Assembly (NCBI GenBank): GCA_965140445.1
Contig: OZ223236.1
Span: forward strand, 4,992,001 to 5,056,000
Length of the DNA stretch: 64,000 nt
Direction of reading: 5' to 3'
Source: Candidatus Ozemobacteraceae bacterium
GTDB lineage: Bacteria; Muiribacteriota; Ozemobacteria; Ozemobacterales; Ozemobacteraceae
Part shown: positions 46,298-52,908 of the stretch, piece after piece
Layout: the number at the start of each line of letters is the position of its first letter
Position numbering within the stretch: the first letter of the stretch is position 1
Notes under the pieces: model-generated
Seen by the model: the letters and a program-made list of their open reading frames with translations, nothing else
Database searches by the model: none
What the model was told of the DNA's origin: nothing
Made by a program: the position numbers and the translations under genes

Positions 46298-49200
46298 TTA
46301 TGAATGTTGGTACAATTTGATTGTTTTTGATTTGCCCTTAAGATCAACCTCAGAGAAAAATCTGTGTCTTTCTGGGGCTGAAAAAATCTCAAGCGCGGCT
46401 TCAGAGATAAGACAGCGATTAAATCTCAACTTTTCCGCCTCAGCTTCGATCCTGGCTGCAACATTTACCGCATCGCCGATTACAGTAAAATCCCTTTTCT
46501 CACCAACACCCAGAAAGCCAGAAATGACCAAACCAGCATTCGCTCCAATTGCAACAGGGAACGGTAAAAGTCCCTTCACTTCAGCCTTCAAAATGTCTTC
46601 AATTGCGTTTTCAAACGACCCCACTGAATTGGAGTCATCTTCGTCCTGACTAAAAACAACTAAAAGTTTGTCGCCAATAATCTTATCGATGTCGCCACCA
46701 TTTTGGAGAATAATTTTCCCAAGCTCAGCAATTTGAATTCTCAAATCTGAAAACAGCTCTTGAACGCTTGTTGCACTTAACCAGGAAGTAAAACCAGGAA
46801 TTCCTATCATCAAAATCGCAAATCTTTTTAAGGCCCCCTCACGAAGAGAATCATCATTTTTATCCACCGTTGCGATTTTCATGGCAGACTTTGAAACCAT
46901 TTTTCCCATCAGCTCTTTTTCCGCCAGCGCATTTGTCATGTAATCAAAAGAGTTACAAAGATCGCCTAGTTCATCAGTTCTAGATTCGCTTATTCTGTAC
47001 AAATAATTCTGCTTACCAATCTCTTCCATTCCAATTCCAATTTTTTTTATCGGGCTCAAAACATCGGAAACAATTTTCTTCGCAATATAAAAAATAACAA
47101 AAAAGCCTAAAACAATGATTAATAGGAAAATCCACTTTAATCTTAAAAGTTCCTTCCTGATTGGTTCAGCCGAAGCCACTCCAATTAGCATCGATGTTAA
47201 TTGAGCAATTCCTGGCCTGGCTTCTATTAACAATTCTGAATCCCCAAAATCCTGACTTGCAGACACCGGAAAATTGGTACTCTCAATCCAGTCTACTATT
47301 CTATTAAATCCAAGAAAGTCATAAGCTATAGTTGGACTGTTAATCATTCCAGAACGATGATAAGAAATTGAAAAAACAGCATATTCACTTTGCTGCCTAT
47401 TTGCGACTTTTTCTAAGTAGGAACTATACTCGAAAACAATCATCCAGAATAAAATTCTTTTAAAGTTTTTTACTGAAGGTAGTGCTTGAATAAGTATGCC
47501 GGCAGCCCCTGTAACAACTTCTAATTCTACAGGCATCCCAATGCCATTCACAAGGCTCAGGTGCTTATCTTCACCAAAACTAGCTCTGATTGATGCCAGT
47601 CCATCATCAAAAATCATTTCAGACTTAACATTTTCAATATCGAGCCTGGCAGGACCCTTTTCAGTGTTGAACTGCTTCAGAACACTTCGCCCAACGTGTG
47701 TCAGAAAAATTTCAAACTCAGTTTTTACACCGGGCGAGTTAACTGAATAAGAAAAGTCTTTTCCAACGCTTGAGACTAAGACAGAGTTCCTGGGTGACAA
47801 ATTCCACAAAACGTCTGCAGAATCTGCTTCTTTGTATTTTTCATCGAAAAATGATTGCAATGAATCCGAGCTTTTTCCATTCTCCTGGGATTCGAATTCC
47901 TTAATTGCTTTTGCCAATTCAGGAGAATTTGAAAACTCCTTCAGTTTACTCCACACCAGATGATTGGAATAATATTGTCGGATTTCAAATCCATCGAGAA
48001 ATCTTTGCAATTCAATCCTTTTTTGTAACTCCATAGACCTTCCATGCTCAGTAAAAAAGAGAAAGAAAACAAAGCTTAATGAAACGACTGGAATCAATGT
48101 CGAAAAAAGAAATGAAAACCATAGTTTCAATGGTAACGATCTGGCAAGAACCGTTTCATCTTTCAAAATCCTTAACCATAAATGCGCAGCAAAAATACTT
48201 AATAGAACAAGTAAAATTCCCATAAATGAAAATGGAGAAACAGAAAAGCTCTCTGGAATTTTGAAAGCCACGGTAACTTTTCTTTCTCTATTTCCTTGGC
48301 CAAAACTGCCGTGATCAATCCTAAATCTACCAGATTTAGACACTCCTGATGGCTCTTCTCGTAAATCAACAGGAAAGCCTTTGCTAACAATGCAGCCCTT
48401 TAAATTATCCTCAATTGCAAAGAATTGATTTTTTACCTTTAAGCCTTCCACAAGCAAAGGCAAATTGTCTTCGACATCTTCTACTGGGACCATCCAGAAA
48501 AGCATTCCAAAAACATCGCTAGCCTCACTTGCAACGCGGCTGATATAAATAGCCGAGGTGGCAATTGAAACCTTTCTCACCACTGGTTTGTATTTACGCA
48601 AAAAATTCCAGTAGCAGTAGTAACTACGATTTTGAAAATCCATTTGAGAAACTTTGCCATACCACTCACTAAAGAAGCTGGAAATTGATAGCTTTTTGCC
48701 TGTAAAATCAATCATGTCACCAGCCAATAATTCAGTCGGAACGCCAGAGGCCAAACCCATATGTTTTGCATATGCATAGCTGGAAATCTTTTTGAAGAAA
48801 AATTGTTGTTCGGAACAAACATTACTGGAAAAAACATCACCTGCACGCACTTTTAGGCTACCGGATGCATTTTGGGAAGAGCTTAAAGAGATTACTGAAA
48901 GCGTACTACTTCCCAGGCCAATACGAGCCAGATGCTCCATATTTTCTTCCAAAATTGGAACCAATTCGCGCCCGTAGGTTTTAACTCCATTTTCCTTTGC
49001 TAATTGAATTTTTTGCACTAATTCGTTTGCAAAGCCGCTCATGGCTACTTTTCCATTCTTTTCACACTTTATTTGATCTAATAAACGAATATTTTTCTGC
49101 ATTCCCTGGATGCTGTAATATTCACGACTTAAATCACTATTTAAGCGAAAAGCGCCAAACAGTCCTATAAGTAATATAAAGATAAAAATTAAACCGCCAA

Positions 49201-52200
49201 ATTGAGCTAAACGTAGATTTCTATTGGCCATTGAGTTCTGTTTTACAGGAAAATCATCTCTTATATTTTGGTTAATATCTGAATCAGTTTTATCAGAGAA
49301 AACGACTTCAACATTGTTTTCAGCTTCTTTTATCTCAGGTTCATGAACAAAAACAGCTGAGTGTGAAACTTCTTTCTTTGAAAAGAAACAGTCGCTGAAT
49401 TCTGAAAGAAGCTCCGAGACCTTCTTGTCTAATACCAGAGGAAACTCTGGAAAATTTCGAGACAAAGACTCCAGTTCAGCAGCTTTTTTCAACGCCTCAC
49501 TTAGAATTGAAAAATCTAAACGAGTTTGTAAGCTACCAACTGTTCCAGAAAAGAATTTCCCATAGGCTAATCCAATACCGATTTTGTATGAGAACTTATT
49601 TTCTAGCTTTCTTTCCTCGTTGACACTTCTCATCTTTTTTAAAATTTCACAAGAAGCCTTAAATGCATTGCTTGCCGCATGACCTTCTTCGTCCGGGAAA
49701 ATAGCCTCAACCGCATCACCTATAAACTTGTAAATTCTTCCACCATGTTCGGAAATAATTATGGAGATAGCGGCAAAGTGCTGATTCAAAAGGGCAGTAA
49801 TCTTTTCTGGGGGCTCACTCTCACAAAGGCTGGTAAAGTTTCTAATATCAGAAACAAATGCCACTCCATCGAACGAGCTGCCTTCCAGAATCCCATCTTT
49901 GTTGCCAGAGTTTTTTGCCAATGCTTCCAATGCCTGGTCTGAAATCAGGGTAGCAAGTTTTTTTCTCTCTTCAACCCCGGTAACCATCTTAGAAAAATCA
50001 CTGTACAAATCTCCAAGTTGATCTGTTCTATTTGAAGAAAGCTTAACTGAAAGATCTCCCTCGGCAACTCTTTCAAGGGCATTTTTTAGAATAGTTATTG
50101 GAGACAACAGGAAACTTGATGATAAATAAGCACTTAACGGCACTATGAGCACAGAAATAAATATGATTAAAAGAACAATCCACCATCGCCACTGTATTGT
50201 CCTATGAAGGCTTAAAAGCTCAACACCTCCAACAATTATAGTATCCGAATACTTTTTGGCTGGCATAGCAACCATTGCATAGTTCTTAAACCTTTTGGCA
50301 ACAAAGCTTCCTCTGATTGCAGAAAGTTTTGCCAGCTCATGAGCAAAAGATTTAAATTGCCCGTCAATATGTCTCCCTGGTTCTATTAAATACGAGAGAC
50401 CCTGGGGTTTTGAGTTAAACAAAACAAATCTGTATTCAGGGGAACTAACTCCAAAGTGATCAATAGTCTCCTTTGCAGTGTATTTATCAAGCGCTTTATC
50501 ATCCCATAAAACAAAGATAGCAGCCTGCTCCACTCCGTCAATAATCAGAAAGTCGTGAACCTGTGTTGTTGTAAGCTCTCCAATTTTGCGATAAAGGGGA
50601 AAAGATCGTCTTTTTTCAATTTCCTCTGCCATATTGTATGGCGAGATAGAGTTATAAGCAGCTTCTCCAAAGGCTTCAGAAGCCTTGGCTTTATATTCAG
50701 GTAAAACCTCGTCTGGTCTTTTTCTGTGATAAGAATTCCTTAAACCTTTTAAAATTGGAAGTCTAAAAACATTAAAAGCCGGGTCCATTACCTCAGGGGG
50801 GGAATTTTCATAATACCTCTGTTCTTTACCTGCTATATCAGTCAAAAGGAATCCCAAAACCGGAAGAGGTTGCTTCCTGTCTTTGAAAAAATGAAGAAGT
50901 CTTTTTAAAACATTTTTTCCATCAGTTCCTTCTTTTTTAATAAGTTCTTTTAATTCATTGTCAGCCAGGATACTGTTTATCGCCAAAAGGTATTCATCCA
51001 GAACCTGAGATTTTCTGGCATCAAATTGTTTGATACTAGATAAAACCTCTACTGAAATCTGACTTTCTCGTGAAAAACGAAACTCGTTTAAATATCCAAG
51101 AGTAAGAATTACAAGCAAGCTTATAGGGATAGTGGATCCAAGTAGATATACTTTAATGAATCTAAATTTCAAATCCATCTGTGGCCAGAGACCAAAGAAA
51201 AATCCTCGCCATAAAAAGAATAACCAAACCAAAATGAAAATAAAATTCATAACCTTTATAGAAAGAGGCCATGAAGCAAGTTCCAAAAATGGCATTACAA
51301 AAACGGTCAAATGGCTTTTTCTCTTACCCAGATAGGAAAAGATCTTAAAGTTACCTAATTTCTCAGGTTTTGGGGAACCAAATTTAATCCATTTAAGAAT
51401 ATCGTCTTCCATCATCTTAACGTTTTTTATGCGCCATTGTTTAAAAAGTCTGGACCTTCCTAGCGCTTCAGTTAAGATACAACCGCTTTGCCCCCTTCCA
51501 ATTGGTACAAAACCAGCCAAGCCGTTTCCTCGAGATCTTGACTCACTTATTGCAAGTAGCTTTGAAGCAATATCACATTCCTGAGTATTCTCAACCAAAA
51601 TGAAAGTTCCAAAAACCCCCTTGCCCTCAACTTTTCTAAAATCCCAAAAAAAGTAGTGGGGAACTTTCTCATTAACAACAAAAGTAGTTCGACCTCTTTG
51701 GCTCATTGCAAGGATTAGTCCGGTTGTACCTCTTCCTAATATATTTGAAAGCAACTTTTCGTTTTGCTTCTTGCCAGATTGCGCATCAGGATTATCTAGA
51801 TTCAAATCAACCAGATATTTGAAAATCCTTCCAAGGGTTCTTCTTCCGTATTTTTTTGGAGAATCCTCTATTAGTAAACTTGTTTTCTTGCTTTGCTCAT
51901 CTATTTTGAACACAAAAAACTTGCTCTTCGGAAACGGAGCTCTAAAAATAGCTCTTCGCCTCGATTCAAGTCTATTCAGCAGATGCTTTGGCTCAAGAGA
52001 TTCAGATGATTTTGCCAGCTCATTCATAAATTTGCCGGCTCTATTTGCTAACTGATAGGAAAATTCTCCACCTGCGGTTAAGGCCTCTAATTCCTGCTGA
52101 GCAGTCTCTTCTTGACGCACTGTTTTCCAATGTAAATCAATTTTTGACAGAAAAAAGAATCCAAGATTTATAGCTAAAACAGGAAGAACCCACAAAATAA

Positions 52201-52255
52201 CAGGTAAGATTTTAAGCTGTGTTGAAGCGGATTCACTATTGGAGATACTCTTCAT
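46298..52255 (-). CDS. Giant membrane class III adenylate cyclase with two HAMP-cyclase modules (paralog A)
   Basis: CYC1: SDIRNFT, YKFIGDAV. CYC2: DKIIGDK, DFTVIGDAVNVAAR, DLKGK. HAMPs RTDQLG, RTDELG. Confidence 0.92.
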   Translation of the reverse strand: MKSISNSESASTQLKILPVILWVLPVLAINLGFFFLSKIDLHWKTVRQEETAQQELEALTAGGEFSYQLANRAGKFMNELAKSSESLEPKHLLNRLESRRRAIFRAPFPKSKFFVFKIDEQSKKTSLLIEDSPKKYGRRTLGRIFKYLVDLNLDNPDAQSGKKQNEKLLSNILGRGTTGLILAMSQRGRTTFVVNEKVPHYFFWDFRKVEGKGVFGTFILVENTQECDIASKLLAISESRSRGNGLAGFVPIGRGQSGCILTEALGRSRLFKQWRIKNVKMMEDDILKWIKFGSPKPEKLGNFKIFSYLGKRKSHLTVFVMPFLELASWPLSIKVMNFIFILVWLFFLWRGFFFGLWPQMDLKFRFIKVYLLGSTIPISLLVILTLGYLNEFRFSRESQISVEVLSSIKQFDARKSQVLDEYLLAINSILADNELKELIKKEGTDGKNVLKRLLHFFKDRKQPLPVLGFLLTDIAGKEQRYYENSPPEVMDPAFNVFRLPILKGLRNSYHRKRPDEVLPEYKAKASEAFGEAAYNSISPYNMAEEIEKRRSFPLYRKIGELTTTQVHDFLIIDGVEQAAIFVLWDDKALDKYTAKETIDHFGVSSPEYRFVLFNSKPQGLSYLIEPGRHIDGQFKSFAHELAKLSAIRGSFVAKRFKNYAMVAMPAKKYSDTIIVGGVELLSLHRTIQWRWWIVLLIIFISVLIVPLSAYLSSSFLLSPITILKNALERVAEGDLSVKLSSNRTDQLGDLYSDFSKMVTGVEERKKLATLISDQALEALAKNSGNKDGILEGSSFDGVAFVSDIRNFTSLCESEPPEKITALLNQHFAAISIIISEHGGRIYKFIGDAVEAIFPDEEGHAASNAFKASCEILKKMRSVNEERKLENKFSYKIGIGLAYGKFFSGTVGSLQTRLDFSILSEALKKAAELESLSRNFPEFPLVLDKKVSELLSEFSDCFFSKKEVSHSAVFVHEPEIKEAENNVEVVFSDKTDSDINQNIRDDFPVKQNSMANRNLRLAQFGGLIFIFILLIGLFGAFRLNSDLSREYYSIQGMQKNIRLLDQIKCEKNGKVAMSGFANELVQKIQLAKENGVKTYGRELVPILEENMEHLARIGLGSSTLSVISLSSSQNASGSLKVRAGDVFSSNVCSEQQFFFKKISSYAYAKHMGLASGVPTELLAGDMIDFTGKKLSISSFFSEWYGKVSQMDFQNRSYYCYWNFLRKYKPVVRKVSIATSAIYISRVASEASDVFGMLFWMVPVEDVEDNLPLLVEGLKVKNQFFAIEDNLKGCIVSKGFPVDLREEPSGVSKSGRFRIDHGSFGQGNRERKVTVAFKIPESFSVSPFSFMGILLVLLSIFAAHLWLRILKDETVLARSLPLKLWFSFLFSTLIPVVSLSFVFFLFFTEHGRSMELQKRIELQRFLDGFEIRQYYSNHLVWSKLKEFSNSPELAKAIKEFESQENGKSSDSLQSFFDEKYKEADSADVLWNLSPRNSVLVSSVGKDFSYSVNSPGVKTEFEIFLTHVGRSVLKQFNTEKGPARLDIENVKSEMIFDDGLASIRASFGEDKHLSLVNGIGMPVELEVVTGAAGILIQALPSVKNFKRILFWMIVFEYSSYLEKVANRQQSEYAVFSISYHRSGMINSPTIAYDFLGFNRIVDWIESTNFPVSASQDFGDSELLIEARPGIAQLTSMLIGVASAEPIRKELLRLKWIFLLIIVLGFFVIFYIAKKIVSDVLSPIKKIGIGMEEIGKQNYLYRISESRTDELGDLCNSFDYMTNALAEKELMGKMVSKSAMKIATVDKNDDSLREGALKRFAILMIGIPGFTSWLSATSVQELFSDLRIQIAELGKIILQNGGDIDKIIGDKLLVVFSQDEDDSNSVGSFENAIEDILKAEVKGLLPFPVAIGANAGLVISGFLGVGEKRDFTVIGDAVNVAARIEAEAEKLRFNRCLISEAALEIFSAPERHRFFSEVDLKGKSKTIKLYQHS

Positions 52256-52746
52256 TATCTTTTAAGATTTTGCTTTTCGTGATTATCAAACTTGCTCTTT
52301 TTGTTCTTTTCCATTACCAGGTAAATATCAAAAAAAGAATAAACATATAACCAGAAAGCGACATCCTTCCAAATATTATCAGAAAGAGCAGATTCTAGTT
52401 TCCCCTCTAAGCCTCGAGTTTTGCCTGTTCTTACAACCTTATTCACTTCCAGATTAATTTTAGGAAGCACCTCACCAACGTATAAAAGACAGCTAAACGT
52501 AATTGCAAAAAATAAAAATGCACCTCTGGCTTTTTCACCAAGTTTCCAGGTAGCTAAACCAGGGCAACAAAGGTTTAAGAAAACTGCCTTTCCATACCCC
52601 ATTGGCTTTTCTGTATCTTTTGGGACAGCTGGCTGGGCATTCAAGTCCGAAAAACAAAATCTACACTTTATAGCTTCTCGCTGAATCAACTCAGCGCAAA
52701 ATGGGCATTTTTTCTGGTCAAGTTTCTCTGTCATTATTCTAACCAC
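52255..52746 (-). CDS. Small zinc-ribbon membrane protein
   Basis: KKCPFCAELIQREAIKCRFC, then NLCCPGL...G.K.RG (TM2-like) and two further hydrophobic segments. Its stop overlaps the cyclase ATG (TAATG). Start 52746 or 52734. Confidence 0.8.
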   Translation of the reverse strand: MVRIMTEKLDQKKCPFCAELIQREAIKCRFCFSDLNAQPAVPKDTEKPMGYGKAVFLNLCCPGLATWKLGEKARGAFLFFAITFSCLLYVGEVLPKINLEVNKVVRTGKTRGLEGKLESALSDNIWKDVAFWLYVYSFFDIYLVMEKNKKSKFDNHEKQNLKR

Positions 52747-52855
52747 TCTTATCTTGTTTATATGTGTATATAAGCTTACTTCAAAAAAAAGGGTTTTCCT
52801 AATAATTTTAGTTCAGTCAAATATCAGCTTATCAGCGAGTCAAAGATTCAGAAAT

Positions 52856-52893
52856 AAAAAACTGGGCTTCTCAACTTTTGGTGAGAAGCCCAG
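52856..52893 (-). terminator. Intrinsic terminator of the C25 peptidase gene
   Basis: 12-bp stem CTGGGCTTCTCA / TGAGAAGCCCAG followed on the minus strand by a T-run, 15 bp after the stop. Confidence 0.85.
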
Positions 52894-52908
52894 CATTCAT
52901 TATTTTAA

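Noticed and set aside
34165..52255. Cyclases as anti-phage Pycsar/CBASS signalling enzymes
   Set aside because: They have HAMP and multi-TM receptor architecture with ATP-type Lys/Thr residues. There is no adjacent cyclic-nucleotide-binding TIR or TM effector and no defence-island context.
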